Assembly: GCA_017608385.1 (NCBI GenBank)
Contig: JAFCFZ010000009.1
Location: forward strand, 1-54,596
Length of the DNA: 54,596 nt
Direction: 5' to 3'
Origin: Candidatus Parvarchaeota archaeon
GTDB taxonomy: Archaea; Nanobdellota; Nanobdellia; B33-G15
Below are positions 44,747 to 54,161 of the stretch, one piece after another (position 1 is the stretch's first letter; every line of letters begins with the position of its first letter). The position numbers and the translations under genes are program-made. Below the pieces are notes generated by a model, which worked only from the letters and a program-made list of their open reading frames with translations, did no database searches and was not told the origin of the DNA.

Positions 44747-45360
44747 ACATTCAATCTTCTCTTTATTTCGTCTTCAACATGAGTGAGAAGAGTTTTTCTT
44801 AACAAAGATCTGGTCCTTTTTTCATATTTTTCTTGCTTTTCAATTTTCCTAAATTCTTTTCCAATTTCTTCTTCACCTATCAAAAATAACCAGCTAGAGA
44901 AATCTTTAGATTTAAAATGATGTTTTAGAGATTTTTCAGATAAATCTTCAAGAACATTGTAAAATTCTCCAAGATTAGTAGCAATAGCTTCAGAATACCA
45001 AAAGTTGAAAGGATTTCTCATTGCAATTAATTCTTCTGTTTGTTCATCGTTTAAATGAGCTAAGACTTTTGTGCCCCCAAATCTTATTATTCCTACTTTT
45101 CCAGAATTTGTGGTTTTAACTTTTGATTCCCCATATTCAGAAATATTCAAAAATTCTTCAGCTAGAATTCTAATAACATTATTATCTTTTCTAACAAAAA
45201 TAACTGATCTAACTCCATGAGATTGCAATTTTTCAAGAGTTTTATTTAATGAATCTACGTTTCCTTTGATTCTGCTTATTTCTTTTATATGTTTTTCAAT
45301 TGGTTGAACTTCAGATAATTCAAAATCCTCTACTACTATTTCTCTAATTTTTTCGATCAC
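44743..45360 (-). CDS. Hypothetical protein (205 aa) coupled to the MinD-like ATPase
   Basis: GTG start overlapping the minD-like stop (GTGA); central VRSVIFVRKDNNVIRIL has a roadblock-like look (weak). Confidence 0.5.
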   Translation of the reverse strand: MIEKIREIVVEDFELSEVQPIEKHIKEISRIKGNVDSLNKTLEKLQSHGVRSVIFVRKDNNVIRILAEEFLNISEYGESKVKTTNSGKVGIIRFGGTKVLAHLNDEQTEELIAMRNPFNFWYSEAIATNLGEFYNVLEDLSEKSLKHHFKSKDFSSWLFLIGEEEIGKEFRKIEKQEKYEKRTRSLLRKTLLTHVEDEIKRRLNV

Positions 45361-46112
45361 AATCCAATCCTCCTTCTGAACATTTGTAAAAACCCGGGAG
45401 TCTCAAACTCTTCCCCAACTATATCTCCTGCTAATCTTTTGAAAGCAATTGATGCTTTACTATGTGGATATAAATGAACTGAAGGAACATTAAATTTAAT
45501 TCCTTTTTCAATACTTTTGTCTTCTGGAACCTCAGAAATTATTGGTAACCCCATTAATTTTTCAATATCTGAATTAGTCATGGATTGTTTTTTCTTAGAT
45601 CTGTTGACAACTACTCCCAATACTTTTATGCTGTGGTCTGAGACTCTTTTAGCCATTTTTAATGAATCAATTACTGAAGGTAAATCGGGATTTGTAACAA
45701 TAATCCCTTCTCTTACTGCGTTGAAAGTCCAAGCAGTTTCACTTCCTACTGTTGGAGCTGTATCTACTAAAACAATATCAAATCTTTTTGAAATTCTCGA
45801 AATAACATCTGGAAGTTTACTATGATCAACAAAATAATCTTTTAGTTTTATAGAGGCAGGTAAAACCCACATACCTGATCCATGTTCACTTAATGCATCC
45901 CATTCTGTAATTTCTCCTTTTAACACATTGTTGAGATTGACAGGGTTGAAATGCATTCCTAAATGAATTCCTAATGAAGAACCAGAAGTATTAGCATCAA
46001 TAGTGGCAACTTTTTTTCCAAAATCATGAGCTAAAGAAGAACCAAGATTTGCTACTGTGGTTGTTTTTCCCACTCCACCCTTTCCAGAGAAAATCCCAAT
46101 TATCCTTGCCAT
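45357..46112 (-). CDS. minD: MinD/ParA-family P-loop ATPase
   Basis: Deviant Walker A SGKGGVGKTTT, VLVDTAP, archaeal MinD-like length. Confidence 0.85.
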   Translation of the reverse strand: MARIIGIFSGKGGVGKTTTVANLGSSLAHDFGKKVATIDANTSGSSLGIHLGMHFNPVNLNNVLKGEITEWDALSEHGSGMWVLPASIKLKDYFVDHSKLPDVISRISKRFDIVLVDTAPTVGSETAWTFNAVREGIIVTNPDLPSVIDSLKMAKRVSDHSIKVLGVVVNRSKKKQSMTNSDIEKLMGLPIISEVPEDKSIEKGIKFNVPSVHLYPHSKASIAFKRLAGDIVGEEFETPGFLQMFRRRIGL

Positions 46113-46260
46113 GTAAAAAAAGTATTATAACTGCATTCTTAAAGTTTTCTTTAACTTATTTCTAGACAATATATTAAGTTTTAATAATCATTTTTGTTGA
46201 GCTTAGACTCTTTAATGTTAGGCAAAAAGAATATTAAATAGCATGATTATGTTTTAACTA

Positions 46261-47229
46261 ATGGTTAAGAAAACTCTCACTAAGTTTTTGAAAAGATTGA
46301 AGTTTTGGGACAGGAAAAGAATAGGAGAATTTCCATTAGAAGTTAAGAAACTGTATGGTGGACCTAATAATCTTATCAAAAACGTCACGTTTCGTGTTAG
46401 GAAGAGAGATACTTTTGCAATAGTTGGTCCTTCTGGTTCTGGTAAAACCTCTTTAATGAAGATTATTTTAGGACTATTCAAAAAGAATTCAGGTGAGATA
46501 AGAGCATATGGAAAATCAATTAGAAAAATGAAAAATAAAATGGCTTTTTGTCCACAACACCTGTCTTTTTTCAGTGAATTAACTGTTAGAGAAAATATTC
46601 TCTTGTTTGGCTCTTTGAATGGATTATCAGATGAGGGAAGTATTGAGAAAGGAACCAATTATTTGAAAGAATTAGAAATGGAAAATAAAATCGATGATTT
46701 GTCCTCTATTTTATCAGGAGGTCAAAAAACAAGATTGAATATTATAGTATCTATTCTTCATGAACCTAAACTAATATTTTTAGATGAACCTTTTACGGGT
46801 TTGGATTATTTTAACAGGAATCTTTTGTGGGGATTCATTAAAAAACTGCAAAGAGGAGGAAGTACAGTTATTTTGACTACACATCTATTAACAGAGGCTC
46901 AAAAAAATTGTAATAGAATGTTGGTCATAAAAGAAGGTAAAAAATATGTTATGGGTGATGTAGAAGATATTAGAGAAAAAGTCAATTTAGATTATATTTA
47001 TGAAGTGAAATTCAAAAAAATTAGCAAGAAGAAAGAAAAACAAATTGAAAGATATTGTAATATCCATAATATTGACATTTTATCAAAACAAGTTGATGTT
47101 TTTTGGTTTGGAATTGATGAGAAAAAAAGAGCAAAATTAGAAACATTGTTGAGAAGATTTGAGCATAAGACTTTGTCAATCAGGGAACCAGAGATTAATG
47201 ATTTATTCTTAAAGGTGGCTGAAACATGA
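46261..47229 (+). CDS. ABC transporter ATP-binding protein
   Basis: Walker A GPSGSGKTS, signature LSGGQKTRL, Walker B LIFLDEPFTGLD. Confidence 0.85.
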   Translation: MVKKTLTKFLKRLKFWDRKRIGEFPLEVKKLYGGPNNLIKNVTFRVRKRDTFAIVGPSGSGKTSLMKIILGLFKKNSGEIRAYGKSIRKMKNKMAFCPQHLSFFSELTVRENILLFGSLNGLSDEGSIEKGTNYLKELEMENKIDDLSSILSGGQKTRLNIIVSILHEPKLIFLDEPFTGLDYFNRNLLWGFIKKLQRGGSTVILTTHLLTEAQKNCNRMLVIKEGKKYVMGDVEDIREKVNLDYIYEVKFKKISKKKEKQIERYCNIHNIDILSKQVDVFWFGIDEKKRAKLETLLRRFEHKTLSIREPEINDLFLKVAET

Positions 47230-48503
47230 AAATAAAACTACCAAACTCCAAATTGAAGAGTTTATTGTTGAAAGAATACTTACTCTTGTTAAGAAAAAAG
47301 AAATTTTTAGTTATGGTTTTAGCTCTCCCGATAATTTTTGGAGTATTTTATCAAACAAGTATGACCATGGAACCAGGAATTGCTATTAATGTAGGTGTTT
47401 GTAATTTAGACCCTAGTGAACATTCTTCTAGTTTAGTTAGTGAATTAAGCAGTGTTTTTTCAGTAACTCAATATTCAGAACCTTGTGATGAAAATCTAGC
47501 AAGAGGCGTAAGAGATACTGAAATATTTTTAGGATTATTAGTCCCAGAAGATTTTTTCCAAAAACTTTCCACATTGAATAAATCAGACATTTTCATTTAT
47601 TATGATAACTCTAATCCAGTCCTATCTAATTATTTGGACTTCTTTTTCCAATTAAGTATAAAAAATTATGAAAATGCATTGTTAAGACAGGCAGGAGATG
47701 TTGTAAAGACAGAAACACAAAAAGCAGATTTAATTATTTCAAGTGCCTATACTGTTTTAGATTCCATAAGATTTTTAGGGTATGGAATTTCTAGTGTGGC
47801 AGATCAAGTTCAAGAGATCCAACAAGCATTGAATACAATTGAAGCAATGGACATTAGTTTTGTGACTGAACCAGTTGTTGTAAATAAGGTAGGAGCATAT
47901 GATCTAAAGAATGAATCGGGTATTAGTGCAGCATTAATTTTTGGTATTTTATCCCTATTTACTGCGTTATTGTTAGTATCTTCCAATATTCTTTCAGATA
48001 AAGAAGACAATTTCATAATTCGCTTGAAAGTTTCAAAAACTTCTAGTGTAACATATCTTTTGTCAAAGATTATTTTCTTTGATTTCGTATTGATTTTTCA
48101 GTATATGGCAGTGTTTCCTTTATTTTTGTCAGCTTCATGGTTAAATGTCAATATTTTTGCTCTTGTTTTTTCATTAATTATTGTTGCAAGTATCAATGTT
48201 TTGATGGGAATTTTAATTGGATTGTTTAGTGAGAATCAAGCAATAGCAGTTCTAACAGCTCTTTTATTGACTCTTCCATTTTTGTTTATGTCTGGGATGT
48301 TTTATCCAAGAGAATTGTTCCCACCTCCACTCAAATTCATTTCAGATGTCTTTCCATTAAGTAATGAAATAACCTTGTTAAAACAGTCAATGGTTTTTGG
48401 TTATGATTTTTCTTTGAATTCAACAATGGTTCAACTTAATTTGATGTACTTAATCTGCTTTTTTGTAGTTGCTTGGCTTTTACTCCGATTTAAACAACAC
48501 TAA
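47226..48503 (+). CDS. ABC-2 type transporter permease
   Basis: ATG overlaps the ATPase stop (ATGA); N-terminal TM, large extracytoplasmic loop, then about 5 C-terminal TM helices, as in ABC-2/YhaP-like permeases. Confidence 0.7.
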   Translation: MKIKLPNSKLKSLLLKEYLLLLRKKKFLVMVLALPIIFGVFYQTSMTMEPGIAINVGVCNLDPSEHSSSLVSELSSVFSVTQYSEPCDENLARGVRDTEIFLGLLVPEDFFQKLSTLNKSDIFIYYDNSNPVLSNYLDFFFQLSIKNYENALLRQAGDVVKTETQKADLIISSAYTVLDSIRFLGYGISSVADQVQEIQQALNTIEAMDISFVTEPVVVNKVGAYDLKNESGISAALIFGILSLFTALLLVSSNILSDKEDNFIIRLKVSKTSSVTYLLSKIIFFDFVLIFQYMAVFPLFLSASWLNVNIFALVFSLIIVASINVLMGILIGLFSENQAIAVLTALLLTLPFLFMSGMFYPRELFPPPLKFISDVFPLSNEITLLKQSMVFGYDFSLNSTMVQLNLMYLICFFVVAWLLLRFKQH

Positions 48504-48519
48504 TATTTTTATTTAAGTC

Positions 48520-50055
48520 ATGTATCTTGCTTTTATGGCTAAAAAATTCTTAGCAGTTATTAAAGAAAATGGTAAAGAAGTAGGAATTTTCAATGATTTA
48601 AAAGGAGCTAAAGGCCCCGGAATTGCTCTTTCCGAGATATTTCAAGCATTTCATACGAAAAATGAAAAATTAACTAAAAGAGTTTTAGAATCTAAGATTG
48701 TTAATGACGAAGGTTTTTTACAAATGTTAAGAACATCTCATAACTTTTCAACTGAAATCAATAAAAAATTCCCTGAGTACATAATTTCAGTTATTATTTT
48801 TGGTTCTTGGGCAAGAGGAGAAGCAAAGAAGACAAGTGATTATGATTTAGCAGTTGTAGTAGATGATACAGATTTGAGAGAAATGACAAGAGTTGAGGCA
48901 AAGCAAAGACTATTTGGAATAGTTAATATGACTGCAAGAAAAATGGATAAAAAATTCACAATCCAAGCATACTTGTTAACTGAATTTTGGGATTATTTGA
49001 AAAAAGCAAATCCGGTTATTTTTACTTTATTGAGAGATGGTGTTCCAATTTATGATAGGGGTTTGTTTGTTCCATGGAAACTATTATTGAAAATGGGAAA
49101 AATAACTCCTACACCAGAAGCAATTGAGACATTTATTAGCTCTTCAAGATTATTGGGTAAACAAATTGAATCTAAATTAGAAGAAATTGTTATAGAAAAT
49201 ATTTATTATCTCTTGTTAAATCCCGCTCAAGCATTATTGATGTTAGATGGTGCTTCTCCTAGCACTTATTCAGAAACAGCTCCACTTTTGAAAAGAACCT
49301 TTGTTTCGAAAGGGATTATGCCTTTAAAATATGTTAATTGGTTAAGTGAAATTGTTCAATTAAGGAAGGATGTGGAACACAAGAAAAAACATATTTCAGG
49401 TAAAGAATTGGATCTTCATTGGAAAAGAGCCAAAGAATACCTTCTTTTTATGGAGAAATTATTTGAAAAACTCAAAAAAGAGAAGTCTAAAAAGGATGTA
49501 GATGAGTTGGAAAAAGCTTTTGAGAAGACAGTTAAAGCAACATTGAAGAGTATGGGTTTAAAATCAGGAGAAGGAGCATACATTGCTTTTAGGAAACATT
49601 TGGTGAAAAAAGGATTAATTCCCCCAGGTTATTTGGAATTTTCTAATTTTTTATATTCACTCAAAAAAACAAGTAAAGCTGGAAAAATAGTTACAGAAAC
49701 TGAATTAGAAAAAGCTAGAGAAGATGCAAACGACTTGTTTAATTTAATGAATTCTATTGTTGAAACAAGAAAAATAAAGCCAGGAAAACCAGTTAAGTTC
49801 CTTTCAGGAAAGAAACAAGGTGAGATTTGGTTATTAGGTAATAAGATATTCATAATAAAAGATATTAAACATCCAGAAGAGCCTATTTTTGTTGCTGTTT
49901 TGAAAAAGGATGGTTTTTTTGTAGAAATAAAGAAAACAGGAATAGATAGATTAAATATGGAAAGAAGAAAGTGGAAAGGAAAGACTATATTGATGGAAAA
50001 AACTTTAGAGAGCTTAGCTGATTTTATTGGAAATGATATTAAGATAGTTCTTTGA
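48520..50055 (+). CDS. Pol-beta-type nucleotidyltransferase fused to HEPN-like helical domain(s) and an extra C-terminal domain
   Basis: VIIFGSWARGEAKKTSDYDLAVVVDD (GS..x..DxD) then a helical region containing LRKDVEH (R-x4-H); alternative ATG 48535. Confidence 0.65.
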   Translation: MYLAFMAKKFLAVIKENGKEVGIFNDLKGAKGPGIALSEIFQAFHTKNEKLTKRVLESKIVNDEGFLQMLRTSHNFSTEINKKFPEYIISVIIFGSWARGEAKKTSDYDLAVVVDDTDLREMTRVEAKQRLFGIVNMTARKMDKKFTIQAYLLTEFWDYLKKANPVIFTLLRDGVPIYDRGLFVPWKLLLKMGKITPTPEAIETFISSSRLLGKQIESKLEEIVIENIYYLLLNPAQALLMLDGASPSTYSETAPLLKRTFVSKGIMPLKYVNWLSEIVQLRKDVEHKKKHISGKELDLHWKRAKEYLLFMEKLFEKLKKEKSKKDVDELEKAFEKTVKATLKSMGLKSGEGAYIAFRKHLVKKGLIPPGYLEFSNFLYSLKKTSKAGKIVTETELEKAREDANDLFNLMNSIVETRKIKPGKPVKFLSGKKQGEIWLLGNKIFIIKDIKHPEEPIFVAVLKKDGFFVEIKKTGIDRLNMERRKWKGKTILMEKTLESLADFIGNDIKIVL

Positions 50056-50098
50056 ATCCAATAATTATTAAAACCGTTTGTTGCATTGTTTTTCTTAG

Positions 50099-50183
50099 GC
50101 CGGGGTGGCTGAGTGGACTAAGGCGCCAGCCTGGAAAGCTGGTGAGCGTTAAGCTCTCCAGGGTTCGAATCCCTGCCCCGGCG
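50099..50183 (+). tRNA. tRNA-Ser (anticodon GGA), type II
   Basis: Acceptor GCCGGGG/CCCCGGC, anticodon stem CCAGC/GCUGG with loop CUGGAAA, variable arm GAGC-GUUA-GCUC, T arm CAGGG-UUCGAAU-CCCUG, discriminator G; followed by an oligo-T run. Confidence 0.92.
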
Positions 50184-50216
50184 TCCTTTTTTTGAGTAGA
50201 ATCAATAGATGATTAT

Positions 50217-50228
50217 CTATATAAATTA
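50217..50228 (+). promoter_or_regulatory. TATA-like box upstream of the radical SAM gene
   Basis: ctatataaatta centred about 25 nt upstream of ATG 50247. Confidence 0.4.
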
Positions 50229-50246
50229 ACTAATTAGGATTTTATT

Positions 50247-51740
50247 ATGTCAAATGGTTTTATTAAATCTGAAATTCCTAATGAGATCAAGAAAAAAACG
50301 CTAAAGCAGTCTATTTTTTCATTTAAAAATCAAAGAGAAAATGATTATTGTATATTTCATTCTTTGTCATTAAAGAAAATATATGGTAATCAAGATATTT
50401 TCAGAATATTTGACATTTTTGAAAAAGGGAAAAAAGTTAGTGATATTTTGAAAGAATTTAGCGAAAAGGATAAAGACAAATTCTTGAAAACTGTGACTCA
50501 AATGTATAATTTTAGCTTTCTTGTTGAAGAAAATTTAAATGAAAAGGAATTGCTCAATATAGCAAGGAAGGAGCTCCCAAAAAAACCATTACTTAATGTA
50601 ATGTACTTGATTTTGACAGATAAATGTAATTTTGCTTGTAAGTATTGTTTTGTTGAAGGTAATATCAAAAAAGACTATAAATTTAGTTCTATGAATGAAG
50701 CAACGGCAAAAAGAGCAATTGACTTGTTCTTCCTTAATATTAACAAAAAGAAACTAAAAAAGAGCCAAATAATTTTTTATGGAGGAGAACCTCTGTTAAA
50801 CAAAGATGTTTTCAAGTTTGCTGTTGAGTATATTCAAGAAAACCAAAAGAAAATCTCATTTGAACATAAACATACTATGATGATTGTAACCAATGGTACC
50901 TTTGTGGATGAAGAATTAGCTGTTTTTTTTAAGAAAAATGATGTTGAAATAGGGATTTCTTTGGATGGTTCAAAAGAAATTAATGACCAAATGAGAATTA
51001 AAACAGATGGAAAAGGAACATTTGAAGATATAATTAATGCAATTGAAATTTTAAGAAGACATGGTATCCCCTTTGGAATTTCTTGTACCATAAGTACACA
51101 TAATTTGGATAAACTTGAAGAGGTTAGTAAGTGGTTTGTAGACTATTTAAAAACAGAATCCTTTGATTTCAATATATTGATTGATACCCTCGATAAAAAG
51201 AACCCAAAACTTAATGCAGAAAAAGTGGCAAAAAAACTTATAAGTTGTCACAAAATAGCCAGAGACGCAGGAATTGGTGAAGGGAGGATTAGCAGGAAAG
51301 TTGGTCCATTTTTAAGAGAAGAATTGTATTTAACTGATTGTGCTGCTTGTGATGGACAATTAATCATAGCACCAGATGGGGAAATTGGGATTTGTCATGC
51401 TTTTATTGGGAATAGAGAATATTTTTTCACAAATGTAAATGACATTGAAATTAATGAAAAGAGTTTAGAGAATATTGAAAAAAATAATTATATGATTGAA
51501 TGGACAAATAGAACTCCCATAAACATTAAGGAATGTTGGGATTGTGTGGCGTTAGGTATTTGTGGTGGTGGATGTCCATATAATTCTTTTGTTGATTCGG
51601 GAAGTATTTGGGAAGTTGATAAACGTTTTTGTCCTCATGCAATTAAAACGGTGGAATGGCTGATTTGGGATACTTTCGATAGAATGAATAAAAACGAAGA
51701 AATCGTTAGGCTTAAAAGTATCGAAAAGAAATATGTATAA
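50247..51740 (+). CDS. Radical SAM/SPASM-domain peptide-modifying enzyme with N-terminal RRE-like domain
   Basis: CNFACKYC (CxxxCxxC, aa 127-134); SPASM pattern C-x10-G-x4-C, CWDCVALGICGGGC, RFCPH; about 115-aa N-terminal extension with a PqqD-like look. Confidence 0.88.
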   Translation: MSNGFIKSEIPNEIKKKTLKQSIFSFKNQRENDYCIFHSLSLKKIYGNQDIFRIFDIFEKGKKVSDILKEFSEKDKDKFLKTVTQMYNFSFLVEENLNEKELLNIARKELPKKPLLNVMYLILTDKCNFACKYCFVEGNIKKDYKFSSMNEATAKRAIDLFFLNINKKKLKKSQIIFYGGEPLLNKDVFKFAVEYIQENQKKISFEHKHTMMIVTNGTFVDEELAVFFKKNDVEIGISLDGSKEINDQMRIKTDGKGTFEDIINAIEILRRHGIPFGISCTISTHNLDKLEEVSKWFVDYLKTESFDFNILIDTLDKKNPKLNAEKVAKKLISCHKIARDAGIGEGRISRKVGPFLREELYLTDCAACDGQLIIAPDGEIGICHAFIGNREYFFTNVNDIEINEKSLENIEKNNYMIEWTNRTPINIKECWDCVALGICGGGCPYNSFVDSGSIWEVDKRFCPHAIKTVEWLIWDTFDRMNKNEEIVRLKSIEKKYV

Positions 51741-51936
51741 CATGAATGAATACCTAAATAAGGAACTCATAATCTATCAACCAAAAACAATGGTTGAATC
51801 GATAACTCCAACTATAGGATTTAACTTAGATAATTTAGTTGTTTTTGCACCAGAAAAAAAGGACTTAGAAGTGCTTTTACCAAAAACAGAAGCTTATGTT
51901 AGGGCCTGTAGTTGTCAAAGATGTGGAAAATGCTAA
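51733..51936 (+). CDS. Candidate RiPP precursor peptide (67 aa) with C-terminal ACSCQRCGKC
   Basis: ATG overlaps the maturase stop by 8 nt (second ATG 51742); Cys-free leader-like 57 aa, then 4 Cys in the last 9 residues, ending at the stop codon. Confidence 0.55.
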   Translation: MYNMNEYLNKELIIYQPKTMVESITPTIGFNLDNLVVFAPEKKDLEVLLPKTEAYVRACSCQRCGKC

Positions 51937-52637
51937 AAACTAATTCCTTTAGCTTTATGGGCTTTCTTTAAAAATGAAGGGAAATCTTTCCTATTTTTCC
52001 ATATAGGGTTTAATATCCTTCTATTCTTTTCAATAAAATCATAATTTCTTTTCACCTTCCAAAATTTGGATAGAATGGGATCTTCAAGTAGGACATATTC
52101 CACAATTATTTCAGATAAAAGCCAGCTTTTTTCATTAGTAAAGGGATATTTCTCTTTAGAATTAAATACTTCCTTAAAAATATCCCAATAATGTAAATGG
52201 AACAATTCTTCTGCTATTGGATATACATTATGTTCTGAGATTCTTATTTCATTTGGAACCAAATAATGTCCAACAGTAACATCATTAACAAAACAAGAAT
52301 ATTTTCTGTGTTTCCATTGAAAACCTGTTATTTCACTTACTCTCTTCCAAAAAACATTGTCTATTTTATCCCATTTAGCTTCTAAAAAATGCTTTTTTGG
52401 TTTCAAATTGGTTCTTTTTTTTCTGACCAATTTTATAAGTTCATTTTTTAAATTTCCTGCCAAATATTTTTTAGATATAATCAAATTAAAAATTTCTTCT
52501 GGGATTTTCAAAAGGAAGGGAGACCAAGAAGTAAATGGTTTTCCTCTTTTAATTTCTTCTTCTACACTCTCCTTGAAGTCAAAAATTATTTTAGCACTTT
52601 TTTTGTGATTTGCTATATTAAAATATAATTTAGGCAT
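51933..52637 (-). CDS. Hypothetical protein (234 aa)
   Basis: ATG ORF convergent on the peptide gene (4-nt overlap of stops); contains EELFHLHYWD; no family recognised. Confidence 0.6.
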   Translation of the reverse strand: MPKLYFNIANHKKSAKIIFDFKESVEEEIKRGKPFTSWSPFLLKIPEEIFNLIISKKYLAGNLKNELIKLVRKKRTNLKPKKHFLEAKWDKIDNVFWKRVSEITGFQWKHRKYSCFVNDVTVGHYLVPNEIRISEHNVYPIAEELFHLHYWDIFKEVFNSKEKYPFTNEKSWLLSEIIVEYVLLEDPILSKFWKVKRNYDFIEKNRRILNPIWKNRKDFPSFLKKAHKAKGISF

Positions 52638-52661
52638 ATTCTCATTAAAGTAGATCTACAT

Positions 52662-53315
52662 TTAAATTCTTTTTATGACTTGATAAAAAGCATTGTTTTT
52701 CTCTTTTTGTTCAACAACTCTAAAACCGTTTTCTTTAGAGATATTTGCTATTTCTTGAGGATTTGTGATCCTTCTGTAAACCTGAAGGGGTTTTAATCCC
52801 CATTCTCCTACCCATTCATCAACATCCAAATGTTTTTCATTTAGAACAACACCATCAATATTATACACATTATCTCCAATGATAATTGTACCATCCTTTT
52901 TAACCAATCTATACATTTCATTGAGAGCACTTTTTAGATCATTAAGAGTAAGCATATGTTGAAGTGTCCAAAAAGAAGTGACAGTTCCAAAAGAATTGTC
53001 TTTAAATGGAACTTGACGAATGTCAGAAAGAATAAGATTCTCTAAACCTTCTTTTTTTGCAATTTCAAGCATTTCTGGGGAAATATCTATCCCAACCACA
53101 GAATAACCTCTTTTCGAAAATATCTTGGTCCAATGACCTGTGCCACACCCCAAATCAAGAATAGGGTCCCTTAATTCTATAAAATCTACAATGTTTTTAA
53201 GAACTGCCTGTTCTTCTACCATTTCTTCAGGGATATTGGTATAAATAGCATCATCATAAATTTTAGAAATTTCTTCATAATACTTCTTTATAACGTCTAA
53301 ATCATCATTGTCCAT
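52662..53315 (-). CDS. Class I SAM-dependent methyltransferase
   Basis: ILDLGCGTGHWTKIFSKRGYSVVGIDISPEML motif I/II. Confidence 0.8.
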   Translation of the reverse strand: MDNDDLDVIKKYYEEISKIYDDAIYTNIPEEMVEEQAVLKNIVDFIELRDPILDLGCGTGHWTKIFSKRGYSVVGIDISPEMLEIAKKEGLENLILSDIRQVPFKDNSFGTVTSFWTLQHMLTLNDLKSALNEMYRLVKKDGTIIIGDNVYNIDGVVLNEKHLDVDEWVGEWGLKPLQVYRRITNPQEIANISKENGFRVVEQKEKNNAFYQVIKRI

Positions 53316-53375
53316 GATATCAACGTTAAAATAGGATTAATAAGTTTTATTAAGAGAGTTCTTTAAATTTTTAAT

Positions 53376-53558
53376 ATGGCCGCTTATCTCAGTATAAAAC
53401 TTAGAGAAATGGAATTCTTAGAAAATTGTTTAAGTGAAGTTAAAAGCGATATAAGAGTTTATGAATCATCTGAAAGAGTAGATAAAGAAGTTTTGGAAAA
53501 AAAGAAAAATTTTTGCTCTAAAATATCCGAATTATTAAATAATTTGTACAGAACCTAA
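53376..53558 (+). CDS. Small hypothetical helical protein (60 aa)
   Basis: ATG ORF in an otherwise empty gap; low confidence. Confidence 0.35.
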   Translation: MAAYLSIKLREMEFLENCLSEVKSDIRVYESSERVDKEVLEKKKNFCSKISELLNNLYRT

Positions 53559-53589
53559 AATTTTTATCTGAACAATTTACATTATTATT

Positions 53590-54066
53590 ATGAGTTTATT
53601 AGATATTTGGAAGAAGGATGAACCAGAAGAGCCTTATTGGATTAAAAGCAAGTTCGAACTTGATCAGTTGGAACATTCGTCAAAAGATTTGCTAACAAAA
53701 TCAGTATTTGCACCCAAAAAAGATTTTAAAATTCCAGTTTATGACTGGAGTAAACCAAAAGAACCAGTAGATGCAACTCCACTTTTAAACATTAGTAGTA
53801 GATTTAATGAACCAAAACAACCATTTGAACCACTACCAAAATTTGAATTACCTATTAAAATGTATGAACCTGAACCAATGGATTTAGGAACAGATTTATT
53901 TGGTACAAAAATACAATTGCCAGGAGCACCATTAGCTGGTTTGGAAGCTATTGACTACATGGCCAAAGGTTCTGGAATGTTACCCTCACCAATGATGCCA
54001 ACATCAGGTATGGATTTGTTACCCATGGGTATACAAAGAACAATGATGGACCCTAACTGGAGATAA
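53590..54066 (+). CDS. Pro-rich hypothetical protein (158 aa), paralogue of 54162-54536
   Basis: Shares an N-terminal LLDIWKK/LLRWLDKK motif, a KDLL(T/S).KS block, Pro/Lys-rich linker style and a similar upstream region with the next gene. Confidence 0.55.
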   Translation: MSLLDIWKKDEPEEPYWIKSKFELDQLEHSSKDLLTKSVFAPKKDFKIPVYDWSKPKEPVDATPLLNISSRFNEPKQPFEPLPKFELPIKMYEPEPMDLGTDLFGTKIQLPGAPLAGLEAIDYMAKGSGMLPSPMMPTSGMDLLPMGIQRTMMDPNWR

Positions 54067-54161
54067 TATTAGATACTTTTATCTTTTTTAACTTTGACCT
54101 CAAAAAAACACGATTTTTTACATAAAGAAAGGTTTATTTTTAGGTATTTTACTATTATTTT

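Noticed and set aside
46254-46658. 134-aa minus-strand ORF overlapping the start of the ABC ATPase gene
   Set aside because: It is antisense to a gene with Walker A/B and signature motifs. It has no motifs of its own and a shadow-frame composition.
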